64,000 nt of DNA, taken from an uncultured Gammaproteobacteria bacterium (GTDB taxonomy: Bacteria > Pseudomonadota > Gammaproteobacteria > Thiohalobacterales > Thiohalobacteraceae). The translations under genes and the position numbers were made by a program. Positions 18,101-27,551 of this stretch are shown piece after piece. Positions within the stretch are counted from its first letter, which is position 1; each line of letters opens with the position of its first letter. The notes under the pieces are model-generated. The model did not search any database. It was not told where the DNA came from and saw only the letters and a list, made by a program, of their open reading frames with translations. The DNA is taken from positions 19,130 to 83,129 of the forward strand of contig CAYWKV010000001.1 in assembly GCA_964458835.1 (NCBI GenBank). Reading direction: 5' to 3'.

Positions 18101-18319
18101 GCCGTACAATCCGAAGTAGACGACTATTGATGTGTATTGATTGTCGCTGAATATCAGCGCGAGACGCTGCAACCCACTCACGATGGGGTCGATGTTGTCG
18201 TAGGTGTAGATAAACCCCGCCTGCGCCCCAAGCGGCAGTAAGCAAAGAAGAACGGTCAGGATTACCCCGACAATGCGTGAACCACGTGACGCTCCCATTA
18301 GACTCTGCCGCTTCGTCAT
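15200..18319 (-). CDS. traG: F-type T4SS TraG (mating-pair stabilisation/pilus assembly), with long Gly/Ala/Ser-rich C-terminal region
   Basis: 1039 aa. Multi-TM TraG_N-like N-half. Position after traH. Low-complexity C-half. Confidence 0.85.
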   Translation of the reverse strand: MTKRQSLMGASRGSRIVGVILTVLLCLLPLGAQAGFIYTYDNIDPIVSGLQRLALIFSDNQYTSIVVYFGLYGLTISATVFMHSAVTGRVGNPIAMFVPLIVGGVVFTATVIPKDDVYVIDWTQSRFARVTDVPAGLSTVLTWLSQIETTFINMIDMTAPPGSQRLWSYRANPSGSTIDILYNLIKVAPEHQDRYLTMTVDDYIRNCFMTEIGRPGSNISVDEIRSGNIAFQDYLGLANTEAKTTLVYTNSEAGKAGTPATCRAAWDDIEARISVGALFNNQWTNLMARACNAHGWPVGNDIEPSQTYTGPGELQVFANSSSYACRLTLDEAVYLFVGENGTPPWTSGTPAQDLAKHLYLASRLQEWVDRGDTTALGNYYQIQDTMGGLAQADQWLPYIRAAMYGVTLAILPFVVSLAFTGVALRALLYCLGTLVWLTVWSIMDAITFQFSMEYLYRAWLEVRDHDLGLQAIALAQTASVKTLAAFGKLKIMSVLLATSFMYVVFKFGGMAVAAMSERISGETGQYGAAAARQTMDPVGETQFREAMAQANAGQFAAATVGGWQRLSESYSHDRGTQAASSQKVIGAHGGVSSSIEATSSTNAGNTIGANQATDTVGGMVGRASGTAGSQSSMLLGGQGAGEAVRRPGVADGLREQGAFRTAQQSGSGALAASTGDAIGAGLSVGQAGAAMEMGGARALEVVAGIKGGEQSQALLDAATASRGANMSIAMSGGEMRQFFAANGRPEGMSATQQAYAEQHGGVMTLSVSSSGGAENLVAMSYRADNSAAVNASGVMDASQRQDASNTVDTSTNRNSGFNARGGASFDGMVAANTASNQAAFNDWVSNRAPGAVSADGGVNREALQGLLENVVSMEAAQQGVEVNAGMREVGGGGASGGAKLGASGGKGVFGGGVNAGYSGEDNRTESVTSTGSGFLNFTKAEAERIAEAAETYGQGDRDRTIAAVTGEILQFSRDAERHVGAYADQVRQAAEQQGDIDVVDGGDAAWQKGRELMQNAGESFSSQVEAVGSMIERAGQADR

Positions 18320-19725
18320 TGCGTGCCCGGCTGTTTGATGTAGGTGCGGACACGCCGGTCCACCATACCCTTTACCTCATAGGTATTCTGGGCTAGCTGT
18401 ACCGAGGCGTTGAATTCCCCAATCTTGGCTGCATAGAGTTTCCGCGCAAGACCGATCTTGTCATACAGTTCGCCTGTCCAGATGTTTAGCTGTGACAGGA
18501 GTGTATCTGCCGTTTGTATTTTGCAGGCCTCTAACTGCCTAGGGTTCGATGACGCCGCACGCAATTCTGCTGAGGCCTTAAGGACGAGTAGATATACATC
18601 CTCCAGGGCCTGGTATGCGAGCGATGTGGCGGTGAAGTCAGCCAGCATTTCCACCGACGCGTCTGCGGTTCCCGCAGTGGTCGTAATGAGCAGAGTCTGA
18701 TAAACAGCCCCCGGCAAGGCATTGATGAGGTTTTGCTGGTCAGTTGTGAGTGCGGAGGCGGTCAGCATGTTGCTGCGTATGCCATCGATCTGCTCGAATG
18801 CCCAGGCGCGTAAGCCGGTATGCGTCGGGTCTTCATCTACGCACTGGCTCCCTGGTGCCGCTGCTCGGCGCTGTACGGTGCCGTCGATCAAGTTCTCCCA
18901 GCTCACCGGCCGTTGGCTATAGCACGAAGGAACCTGGTTGCTGATATAGATGCCATTGTCCAGGCGGACGATGATATCCCCAACGATTCCACGCAGTGAG
19001 TCCTCAAGGCTCGAGAGCGACGACTCAGATGCTGCAGTACTTAGAAGCGATCCATCATTGAGAATGCTCTGTACTGCCGCAGGACATGAGACCTGTATGG
19101 TGTTCTCATTCACCGGTGGGGCATTGTTCGCCACCGCGTCATCTTTTGACGGGGCATACTCGCCTACCCCCTGCTCGTTGGCCACGCCCGCATTGTTGAT
19201 CGTGAAGAACTCGCCTACCGCGCTTGCAACGGCGACAGGCCCACCCTGATTAAGGGTGGTAAGTAGCTGGCGCGCTGAAGAGCACTCGTCGGCGGACCAT
19301 TTGTTGAGTACACCAAGCTTCTCCTCAATCGCATCCATAGCGCCTTCCAGCTCGGCCGACAACGAGCGCAGCGCCATATCGAAAGCCAGCGCCGCGGCAT
19401 TTTGGATAATCGCCTGAAACTTTGCGATGAGGTACCGCGGGTCAGCGAATGCCATACCGCCCATGGCGATGTCGATGCCGCCGCAACCCGCCTTCAATTC
19501 AGGGCGTTCGAATGTGACCAGAGGCGCCGGTGGCGTTCCCCGGTTGAAGCGAACATTCATATTGCCGAAAGACACATAACCGCGGTTCTGAACATTGAGA
19601 TATCCCGGCCCACCCATTGTCTTCTGCTGGATCCACTCATTCACCCAGCCACCGTAGACGACCGGTGCCATTCCGAGGGTCAGCACAAATGAAACCGCAA
19701 CAACAGAGTGTTTAAGGCGCATCAT
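18316..19725 (-). CDS. traH: F-type T4SS TraH
   Basis: Signal peptide and the hallmark ...KAGCGGIDIAMGGMAF... Confidence 0.9.
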   Translation of the reverse strand: MMRLKHSVVAVSFVLTLGMAPVVYGGWVNEWIQQKTMGGPGYLNVQNRGYVSFGNMNVRFNRGTPPAPLVTFERPELKAGCGGIDIAMGGMAFADPRYLIAKFQAIIQNAAALAFDMALRSLSAELEGAMDAIEEKLGVLNKWSADECSSARQLLTTLNQGGPVAVASAVGEFFTINNAGVANEQGVGEYAPSKDDAVANNAPPVNENTIQVSCPAAVQSILNDGSLLSTAASESSLSSLEDSLRGIVGDIIVRLDNGIYISNQVPSCYSQRPVSWENLIDGTVQRRAAAPGSQCVDEDPTHTGLRAWAFEQIDGIRSNMLTASALTTDQQNLINALPGAVYQTLLITTTAGTADASVEMLADFTATSLAYQALEDVYLLVLKASAELRAASSNPRQLEACKIQTADTLLSQLNIWTGELYDKIGLARKLYAAKIGEFNASVQLAQNTYEVKGMVDRRVRTYIKQPGTQ

Positions 19726-20599
19726 TATTGACCCTCAAGTACTGAGTCGGATCGGCATCCGGGTCCAAAGTCCCGCCCCGCTCGAATTCCCACATGAAGA
19801 ACTGACTCGGTGTGATTTCGCCTTTCAGGAAACGCATGGCCCGGTAAATATTGTCCTCGAGATCATTGGCCGTCGTTGGCCCGACACCGACTGGCATGTA
19901 GTCCTTCGAGTTCCGGTAGATCAGATAGAGCGTCGGTGTCACACGTACACCGAACGTCTCTGCTGCCGCGGCGTCCCTGTCAACATCTATGGTTTTTATC
20001 TCCCAGCCTGTGTTCGCTTGGAAATACTTCAGGACATTGTCCTGCGCTTGGCAGTAGATACAGGTCTCGGACCGGAAATACAGCAAGGCGAACATCCGCT
20101 GATTATTCACCAGCATCGTGCGACGTTCTTCGGTCATCTGTCTGACTTTGACCGGGCGCGCAAAATCGTCCATCGGCTGATCTGGTGCGATATTCATCTC
20201 CGGATTGCGCAGCAGCATGAACTGCGACACCTGGGTAAACGCCAACGCCTTGCGCCGCGCGACATCCTTGACCAACATCCAGTTGTAGACATTCTGCGGC
20301 GTTGGTCTCCACACCGCTTCGTCCATGCGGTCCTTGAACACCTTGCGAAATTCCTCCGGGTGCATATCCATGATCTGGCTGTATGACGGCAAGGGTCCGA
20401 GTGGCTCGCGCTCTGACGAGTGTGTGGGTTCTTTCTTATCTTGCTTCTCCGCCGGCGGCGGGTCCCTGTACCACCAGTACCCACGCTTCGCATCATCCGT
20501 CTGCTGGGACGCTTCCTGATCTCGTTCAGGCGCAACCGGGGCGGCTATCACCAGTGACTGTATGAGCGTCAGCAGTATGAGCGTGATTGCTGCCTTCAT
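19712..20599 (-). CDS. traF: TraF-like thioredoxin-fold protein with CxxC
   Basis: Signal peptide MKAAITLILLTLIQSLVIA, GYWWY motif, CIYC redox motif, position upstream of traH. Confidence 0.8.
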   Translation of the reverse strand: MKAAITLILLTLIQSLVIAAPVAPERDQEASQQTDDAKRGYWWYRDPPPAEKQDKKEPTHSSEREPLGPLPSYSQIMDMHPEEFRKVFKDRMDEAVWRPTPQNVYNWMLVKDVARRKALAFTQVSQFMLLRNPEMNIAPDQPMDDFARPVKVRQMTEERRTMLVNNQRMFALLYFRSETCIYCQAQDNVLKYFQANTGWEIKTIDVDRDAAAAETFGVRVTPTLYLIYRNSKDYMPVGVGPTTANDLEDNIYRAMRFLKGEITPSQFFMWEFERGGTLDPDADPTQYLRVNNDAP

Positions 20600-20621
20600 A
20601 GGTAGAGTCCTGACCTGCTCC

Positions 20622-21140
20622 TCAAAGAAGCGGCACCACGCGCGAGACGACCTGTGCATCAATGAACCCAACATACCTCGAATCGAAACTGTCTCTATGC
20701 GTGCCCATCACGAACACTTTCCCCTTGGGTACCGGGCCATTCCAGACGAATGGCTCCATTGGCCTGCCATCTTTCGTCTCCGGTTTGCTTATGCCCAGGA
20801 ACTCGCCGTCGCAGTAGACCCACCCCGTCTTTTCTTCGAGTACGTGCCCCTCCGTGCATACCACACGCTTCACGACGGTCGCTGGTCTTGGCATGAGCTT
20901 ATGGTCCATCCAGAAAGTGACATAGTCGCCCTGCTCGACCACGCCGCCTGTCTTCCAGAAGAACGTCTGGGGCAAAGAAACCCCGCTATTGATGACCAGA
21001 TGCTGCACCGCCCACTGGCCCAAAAAAAGCGCCCCGAGCCCCCAAAACAGGCCCATGGTGAGCTTTTTCCATCCCGGTCTTGTCTTTCCAAAGACGAACC
21101 AGCGCAGTGCATTACTGGCCTTTGCTGTTATGCCACTCAA
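20622..21140 (-). CDS. S26-family signal-peptidase-like conjugative peptidase (TrhF/TraF-peptidase type)
   Basis: NSGVSLPQT (Ser), VVKRV (Lys), GTHRDSFDSRYVGFI box. Confidence 0.8.
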   Translation of the reverse strand: MSGITAKASNALRWFVFGKTRPGWKKLTMGLFWGLGALFLGQWAVQHLVINSGVSLPQTFFWKTGGVVEQGDYVTFWMDHKLMPRPATVVKRVVCTEGHVLEEKTGWVYCDGEFLGISKPETKDGRPMEPFVWNGPVPKGKVFVMGTHRDSFDSRYVGFIDAQVVSRVVPLL

Positions 21141-21411
21141 TTTTTTCTCCTCCGATCAAGACTGAATTGGACGTGAACACAAGCACATTGTCGGGTCGTT
21201 GTTTCAGCCACAAGGCATAGTCCCGAAGGCGCCCCTCAAGCTCGCCAAGCTTGATTTCCCCGGCTTGGTATTGGCGCTGCATCTCGCTCACGAAGGCCTC
21301 GTAGTCGATATACTGCACCCGTGGTGTATACCGCTCATGGTAGTAAGCCAGCCCGCCAGCAGTCACTGCCGCACTGACCACGATATTCACTGCCAATTGT
21401 CGCCACATCAC
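21112..21411 (-). CDS. small bitopic protein, TrbI-like by layout
   Basis: One N-terminal TM helix followed by a helical domain. Position between trbC and the peptidase gene. Confidence 0.4.
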   Translation of the reverse strand: MMWRQLAVNIVVSAAVTAGGLAYYHERYTPRVQYIDYEAFVSEMQRQYQAGEIKLGELEGRLRDYALWLKQRPDNVLVFTSNSVLIGGEKIEWHNSKGQ

Positions 21412-22169
21412 CCCTTACCCCCGTAGAATCCACGTTTCTCGAAATACGTCCGGTACCGCGCCACCGCCCCGACACTTGCCGGATCTAGCTGCTCCAGCAA
21501 TGTCCCAACTGGCGCATCGCCATAGACCACTTGGTGGGCGGTCACCGTCACCACATCCGTATTGCCTTCTGAACAGGAACCATCAGTCACCAGACCCTCA
21601 ACGACGGCCACTGCGGGTGCTTCCTGGATGCCATATCGCCTGAACAGCACGGGGTCGACCTGCACCGCGACCCGTCTCATTTCACAATCTGCTCCCGTGC
21701 AGTTCACATCCTTCCGGAGGATCGAGGCTATGAACTCCAAGGTGGGCCTGATCCGGGTGCCACCATCAACGAATCCCCTCACCAGCATGACCGCGCCCGG
21801 CGTTTCCTCGAGCGCCTCGGCATAGCGCCGGAGCGTTGTGAGCGGCACGGACCGGGACACAAACAGGTACAATCGGTCGCCAGCTTTGATGCCTGTCTCT
21901 GCTTCCTCATCTGTTGCCGCGCTGTTCTGTGGGAACACAGCTTCGATGGCCGCGTTCATCCTTTGCCGATAGGCCTCGGTCTGTGTCGATTGATAGGCCC
22001 GCTGTGCCTGCTCGCGAATGGCAGGGTCAATGCGGAATTCACCCTTTGCCGCTTCGACTTGAGCCCGAATGGCCGGTGGAACAGTGTCTGGCAGCGCAAC
22101 AGGCTCCTGAGCGCTAGCAGTTAACGCAGCCCCCATGAACACCACGGGGATCACCAGCCGATGCAACAT
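21408..22169 (-). CDS. trbC: F-type TrbC
   Basis: Signal peptide. ...VMLVRGFVDGG...VAVQVDPVLFRRYGIQEAPAVAVV resembles the TrbC family. Confidence 0.7.
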   Translation of the reverse strand: MLHRLVIPVVFMGAALTASAQEPVALPDTVPPAIRAQVEAAKGEFRIDPAIREQAQRAYQSTQTEAYRQRMNAAIEAVFPQNSAATDEEAETGIKAGDRLYLFVSRSVPLTTLRRYAEALEETPGAVMLVRGFVDGGTRIRPTLEFIASILRKDVNCTGADCEMRRVAVQVDPVLFRRYGIQEAPAVAVVEGLVTDGSCSEGNTDVVTVTAHQVVYGDAPVGTLLEQLDPASVGAVARYRTYFEKRGFYGGKG

Positions 22170-23155
22170 TTCACCCTCCGGAACAGGACCCAGCTGAAGT
22201 TGTCACCATTCAAGGGCGTGTTCTTATATCGCTCCCAAAGCACCCCTGGCTTACCGAAGGTCTGGCACCCGCTGTCCCTGACGGGGTACGCAGACTGGAT
22301 TCGGTAGTTACGTTTCTTCCAGATCGTGGTCCGGACCGACCCACAAGCGTCGAGCCCGTGATCCAATACAGCACCATTACGCGCCATCATGAACAGGGAG
22401 CGGCCTGCCGCGGCGGCATTTCCCACGATGTAGTTGTCCGTAGGGAGCGTGCCCGACATGGGATAGGTCGTTGGCCATGAGCCCATACACCAGAACAGCT
22501 CATTGAGCGGCATACCCGTCGTTGCCGCGGCGGCATCGGCCATGCAGGCTAGCGCTGCCGCCGGATTGGCGAATAACAGCGCCTCTGGGCTGATCAACAG
22601 GGCCATCAGATCGTTGTTCCAGGTCGGCAGGATCTCGGTGATCATTGCGAGGTCGAACTCGTTTCCTCCCCCATCAACTCGGTTACCGGCCAGGCAAGGT
22701 ACGTCCACGAACATGTTGAGGAGTGCCCACGCCGGGAAGATGTAGTAATGCGACTGCGTCGCGGTCGTCTTCCCGTCCCGCGCCCCCGTACCACGTAGCG
22801 ATCCAGGACGCGGGTTGGGGAGGCTGGTACCGAGCGACGGGAAGCACCAGGGATCTTTGACGGTCTCGATCAGTCGGGCAGGTTCCCAGAAACTGACTTC
22901 CAGCCCGATGATCGTGCTCCCGCCCGATTGCAGGCATGAGCAGATCGGATGGCGGATGTTTGAATCAGTGCCGGCAGTCCCGCCCGATTCGCCAAAACTG
23001 ATCACACCACCAATATTCATGGGAAAGGCACAGCGCCAGTTAACACTCGTGATGGGATTCAGGAATGTTCCGGAACAGTTGGCTTCCGCAGTGAGACTGC
23101 AGATCCCCAAGACGAAGCAGGCAATGAGCCTCGCAATAGACTTAGTCATCATCAT
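22151..23155 (-). CDS. traU: F-type TraU
   Basis: Signal peptide, then CSGTFLNPITSVNWRCAFPMNIGG, the TraU hallmark. Start set at the MMMTK cluster. Confidence 0.9.
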   Translation of the reverse strand: MMMTKSIARLIACFVLGICSLTAEANCSGTFLNPITSVNWRCAFPMNIGGVISFGESGGTAGTDSNIRHPICSCLQSGGSTIIGLEVSFWEPARLIETVKDPWCFPSLGTSLPNPRPGSLRGTGARDGKTTATQSHYYIFPAWALLNMFVDVPCLAGNRVDGGGNEFDLAMITEILPTWNNDLMALLISPEALLFANPAAALACMADAAAATTGMPLNELFWCMGSWPTTYPMSGTLPTDNYIVGNAAAAGRSLFMMARNGAVLDHGLDACGSVRTTIWKKRNYRIQSAYPVRDSGCQTFGKPGVLWERYKNTPLNGDNFSWVLFRRVKCCIGW

Positions 23156-23741
23156 TGTCCTTTTGCGCTGTCTCCTGGGCCCATAGTTCCGATCCCTGCT
23201 GTTCCAGAATGGCAGGGACTGCCTGGACCTTGAGCCGCTTCGCCACCTCAGGGGTATACAGATAGACCGGCTGCCCCAGCTCCGTTGCCAACGCCCAGGG
23301 GTCTGCATCGGATGCCAACCAGAGAACGCCTTCACCTTGTTTACGAGCCCACTCCAGCTGCGCCTTCCCGTCTCCGATCACCCCGATTCGGTAAGGAAGC
23401 TGCATATACTCAAGAGGATTGAAGGTGTAGCCCCTTGGATAAACGATCTCCCCTTGCGCGTTTGGCACATCGGTCTCAAGGGTATACGACATATCAATGC
23501 GGTATCGTCGGTCTACCGTGGCGTTCTCGAGGTGGACCGATTGACTCAGGGCCCACTGTTTGACCTCGTCGCGGCCCTTGGCCTGCAGATCAACAGACGC
23601 CGCACGCCGCTCGATTTCCACGAGGGCATCTTCCTCCTGTATCACATACGTTTTGCCGATACGGGCCGGTTCCGCGACCGCGGCCTGGATCACCAATAAC
23701 AGGCTAGCGAACGTTGTTATAGAAGTTCTGCACTGCATCAT
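23142..23741 (-). CDS. traW: F-type TraW
   Basis: Signal peptide. IGKTYVIQEEDALVEIERRA motif. Confidence 0.8.
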   Translation of the reverse strand: MMQCRTSITTFASLLLVIQAAVAEPARIGKTYVIQEEDALVEIERRAASVDLQAKGRDEVKQWALSQSVHLENATVDRRYRIDMSYTLETDVPNAQGEIVYPRGYTFNPLEYMQLPYRIGVIGDGKAQLEWARKQGEGVLWLASDADPWALATELGQPVYLYTPEVAKRLKVQAVPAILEQQGSELWAQETAQKDNDDD

Positions 23742-25539
23742 TCATATTCGACTGGATAACTCCCGCCGCCTCTGTCCTCAACACACCGAAATATTCGGTA
23801 AGGTCAATCTGCCCAAAATCGAGCTGCTGGAATTCCTCCGGTGTGAACCCGCGGCAGTTCGGTGCTTCGGGAGCCCCCCATCCGCCGAAGCTGGTGAGCT
23901 GCGGACGGCCTTGCTCATGCAGAATCCGTCCCAGCATTGAATTGAAACAACAGTGTGTCTCTCTCCGTTGTACGCAACCGACGAGTGGCCACTCGTCAGA
24001 GCAATAAGTGCCAATGTAGTGGCACATATCCGACTCCTTCATGACAGCCGTTTCCAGATCGATCTGCTCACACTGTCCAAGCAGGTAGTTTTGGATAATG
24101 AAGATCGCTGCAGATATGTAGAATGTCGTTGGGTTAAACCATGTTCCATTGATGACGTTATTTGTAGCGAAAGTCGCCGCGTTACTGGCGGCCTCTGAGG
24201 CGATTTGACCAGCAGCTAGGTTTGCCGCGAAGTTCGCGACCGCTTGGCCTGCAATCGTCGCGACTGCGGATATGCCCTGTTGTGTGACAAACGATCCGAC
24301 ATCCGTGCCCATATTGTCCGCGATGACGTTATCGCCACCCTGATCACAGCAGTCTACGAAGCCGGTCTGCACACCCGACTTCCCACAGGTCATTGGGCGG
24401 CCAGTGAACAGCAACAACTGGTCAAGGCAGTTACCCGAGGTGTCTCGAGCTCCATCGTCCTGCGGCATCGGTGTAGACACATCAGTCGGGATGGGTGGCG
24501 TTGCGTCCAGATCGACACAGGTATTAGGTGAACAGCGGTAATTACCTGCTGAGGCCTCCATGCACGGTAATGTAGGATCTATTGGGCAGGTTGGCTGGGT
24601 CGTAGTACAGGTAGCCGTTTGCGAACAGCTTGCAGTACAAAGAGCATTCGTTGCATAGTTCTGTCCATCCGATGAACACCGGTATGCAGTGACATCGAAC
24701 ACAATACGTCCTTCAGAAAGGCAGGAGCTTGCGCCACTCAGGCAGTTATTTGGTGTTTGTACATTAATTTGATTTCCTTGCATCTGGTACGCGGGTGATA
24801 TATTCCATAAGTATGCGCCCGCGGTTCCTCGTGCATCATAGGTAGTAACACGCGCACCAGTTACCGTAATCGATCCGCGCGAACGAATACAGGCGTCGAA
24901 TTGATAGGCCGGCTGGCTTGCATTAGCCATCCATACAGGCTGTAGCGCAAACCCGGATGGACAGACACCGCCGCTGCCAGGGTATAACGCCTGGTAGAAT
25001 GTTATTGTGTTTGTTCCGGTTGCTCGAACGATACCAAGTCCATAATTAAAATACCCTGAGACTGCCGCGCCCGTTGTCACGGTACCGGTGAACGTGAGGC
25101 CACTCGCCCGTATCTGGAAGGACGGCTGTGGCGTCCCATCTAATGCCACCTTGGACACCGTGATAGTATTGCCTGATGACGCGAATGACGTGTTGTATGT
25201 GAGCAATAACGTCGTCTGCGATGTAAAGTATCCAGCGGGTGCAATTGAAAGCGTGGTACTGCCCGTCACCGCAGCACATGTCCCTCCGACGGTACAACTG
25301 CCATTCACACATGATTGATTAGCGTCCAGGGGACACGTGAAGTTCGTCTGGCATGCCTGGGAGCTCACTGAGCAGTATTGCCCCTGTGGCGTTGTGCGAC
25401 ATGACGTCGTCTCTGTGATCGCATCCGTGTACCCATCCAGATTCAAATCCTGCCCACAAACCCAGTTCTCAGCATGGCCGCTTATAGGCTTTGCCAATAC
25501 GATCACGAGGACGAAGAGTCGCCACATCACTGCGTACAT
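23704..25539 (-). CDS. traN: TraN (conserved C-terminal Cys-rich domain present)
   Basis: Signal peptide. C-terminus ...CCDQGG...YCSDEWPLVGCVQRRETHCCFNSMLGRILHEQGRPQL...NCRGFTPEEFQQLDFGQIDLTEYF matches the TraN C-domain. Confidence 0.85.
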   Translation of the reverse strand: MYAVMWRLFVLVIVLAKPISGHAENWVCGQDLNLDGYTDAITETTSCRTTPQGQYCSVSSQACQTNFTCPLDANQSCVNGSCTVGGTCAAVTGSTTLSIAPAGYFTSQTTLLLTYNTSFASSGNTITVSKVALDGTPQPSFQIRASGLTFTGTVTTGAAVSGYFNYGLGIVRATGTNTITFYQALYPGSGGVCPSGFALQPVWMANASQPAYQFDACIRSRGSITVTGARVTTYDARGTAGAYLWNISPAYQMQGNQINVQTPNNCLSGASSCLSEGRIVFDVTAYRCSSDGQNYATNALCTASCSQTATCTTTQPTCPIDPTLPCMEASAGNYRCSPNTCVDLDATPPIPTDVSTPMPQDDGARDTSGNCLDQLLLFTGRPMTCGKSGVQTGFVDCCDQGGDNVIADNMGTDVGSFVTQQGISAVATIAGQAVANFAANLAAGQIASEAASNAATFATNNVINGTWFNPTTFYISAAIFIIQNYLLGQCEQIDLETAVMKESDMCHYIGTYCSDEWPLVGCVQRRETHCCFNSMLGRILHEQGRPQLTSFGGWGAPEAPNCRGFTPEEFQQLDFGQIDLTEYFGVLRTEAAGVIQSNMNDAVQNFYNNVR

Positions 25540-27551
25540 AACAGGTCCTGCCCTGCCTGACGCATGATTTGCATAATGGTGGCGGCCTCCGCGAACTCGT
25601 TGAGGCACTGACAGGCCTTGATGACTGTTTCACCGGCCTGTGTTGGACACACGTTATCGGTGCATGTGTAATATCCATATTCATACCGCGTCGCCGGCGT
25701 CGGTTGGCGATTCTCTGAGGTCACACCGGTCGATGCCACACGGTCATCCATAATGGTCTTCCGCACCTTGCAGGCCCGTTCACACGGCTCGACCGTCGGC
25801 AGTATCGAGGGCTCGCCGAACTCCTCCATCCTTGACACCCAGTTCCCCGCCTGATTACGGGTAACATCCCGATAGCCGGTGCCAATATTGGCCGTGCGCG
25901 TGACGACATCGGCGCGGTGCAAGGCGTCTGTGAAGTCATACTGACTGGGTGCAGCGTTGCAGGTGTAGGTGCGGTCTTTACGCCACCAATCTCGCGTCAG
26001 TGACTCCGACATGCCGCCGCCGGTCCAGGTGCGCGTCGATGGTAATGGGACAAGATTCGTCGGCTGATAATTCTGATAAGTACGCACCCCGTCGACTGTC
26101 TCGTTTCTCAGCCTACAAAGTTCGCTTGAGTCATAGCCCTGACAGGTATCGCTGATTGTTTCCGTAAGCTGTAGGTCTTGCAATAAAGGGAACGTAAATG
26201 TGTGCGTCCTATCCACATTGGCATAGTACGAGTCGTCGCCGACATACTCATCGATAAGTCGAATGCCTAGCGTACACTGGGTGTCAGAGCAGCTTCCGCT
26301 CTGTAGAATGACTGCGCATCCACGACGTGAGTAGGTCGACGCTAGGAAGCGCCCTGGATCCGCCTGATAGGCGTCGTATATGACATGCGTTGGCGCGTTC
26401 GGGACATTAATAATGCCCTGATTAGACACTGTCACAGGCTGGTTTGCCCGCAACGTCAATCCCGCCGAGGTGTTTGTGGTCGCATAATTCGGGTTGCACC
26501 ATGGTCCTGTGTAGACCCGGACAGCTGCTGCCGTAGGTCCCGCCGCCTCCACCAGGATCTCGATTTGGTTATACCCAAGCAACGGCATAACACTCGCAGC
26601 GGTGCCCAGGTCGGTGCCGATAGGAGTTGTGAGCAGCTGGGAAGTGACATTCCGCTGAATCGTGCACGAATTCGACGTCGTCGACTCGCTGGTCGCGAGT
26701 CCAGAATTTGTTACGAGCGAATAAACGCTGTTGGGGTCCGCCGACTGGGTGGCGACTTCGGCCGCTACACGCGTACTCATAGTCGCCGGCGCCGACGCGA
26801 TCGACTGTAGATTGGAGTTGCCCGTGCCGCAGGATGCGGTCGACATCCCATAGACTCGCATGCTGGTATTGGTCACTTCATTGCGCGAGACGACATAGCG
26901 TGCATCCAGCGCCAGCACAGGCTGCAAGACACCACTGCTCAGGTCGCCAAGGAGCGTCGGGAGGTTGTTCCAGGCAAGATTGGAGTTGCAGCTGTTATTG
27001 ATGCAGTAACAACCGGAGAGTTGATCCAATGCCACGGAATCGTATCCGATAGCACCCGTCGTGGCATTCCAACGCCAATACCCGCAATTGTTCCAGGTAC
27101 CGACATTACATGTGATAAACCCATTGCCGCAGACACCCGATACCGGCGCTGGCGCCGTCACACTTGAGTCGAAGGTCCCATCAAGATCGAGGTCCGCCGC
27201 GGCAACAACGCTGCTCAGATCGCCGGTAGCCCCTGGCGCGGCAAAAATCTCCAAGAGCACGCCTTCATCAGGACAGTTGACGTGTCCATCAAAGATTTGC
27301 GAGCCGTTTGTCGTGGTCATCTGGGTATTCCCCTGGATGGGGCGCACGGCATTGTTCATCAGTGCGTTCGGGCTGTCATACCGACCACCCAAAGCTGCCG
27401 TGCCTGTGTTCTGGGCATCCGTGATCGGGTTGTAGGTGCCCCAGCTCGCGGGGGGCACTGCCCAGGTCCCCTGCGCCGCCAGTAGCATACCCACGCATAG
27501 GGCAGCTGCCTCACGCAGCTTCTGACGCCAGCGCACGGATGGCCTCCACAT
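25527..27551 (-). CDS. secreted Cys-rich TraN-N-terminal-like protein (second TraN-type gene)
   Basis: Signal peptide. 674 aa with many Cys pairs. It ends ...CQCLNEFAEAATIMQIMRQAGQDLLC. Its stop overlaps a possible traN ATG by 1 nt. Confidence 0.55.
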   Translation of the reverse strand: MWRPSVRWRQKLREAAALCVGMLLAAQGTWAVPPASWGTYNPITDAQNTGTAALGGRYDSPNALMNNAVRPIQGNTQMTTTNGSQIFDGHVNCPDEGVLLEIFAAPGATGDLSSVVAAADLDLDGTFDSSVTAPAPVSGVCGNGFITCNVGTWNNCGYWRWNATTGAIGYDSVALDQLSGCYCINNSCNSNLAWNNLPTLLGDLSSGVLQPVLALDARYVVSRNEVTNTSMRVYGMSTASCGTGNSNLQSIASAPATMSTRVAAEVATQSADPNSVYSLVTNSGLATSESTTSNSCTIQRNVTSQLLTTPIGTDLGTAASVMPLLGYNQIEILVEAAGPTAAAVRVYTGPWCNPNYATTNTSAGLTLRANQPVTVSNQGIINVPNAPTHVIYDAYQADPGRFLASTYSRRGCAVILQSGSCSDTQCTLGIRLIDEYVGDDSYYANVDRTHTFTFPLLQDLQLTETISDTCQGYDSSELCRLRNETVDGVRTYQNYQPTNLVPLPSTRTWTGGGMSESLTRDWWRKDRTYTCNAAPSQYDFTDALHRADVVTRTANIGTGYRDVTRNQAGNWVSRMEEFGEPSILPTVEPCERACKVRKTIMDDRVASTGVTSENRQPTPATRYEYGYYTCTDNVCPTQAGETVIKACQCLNEFAEAATIMQIMRQAGQDLLCTQ

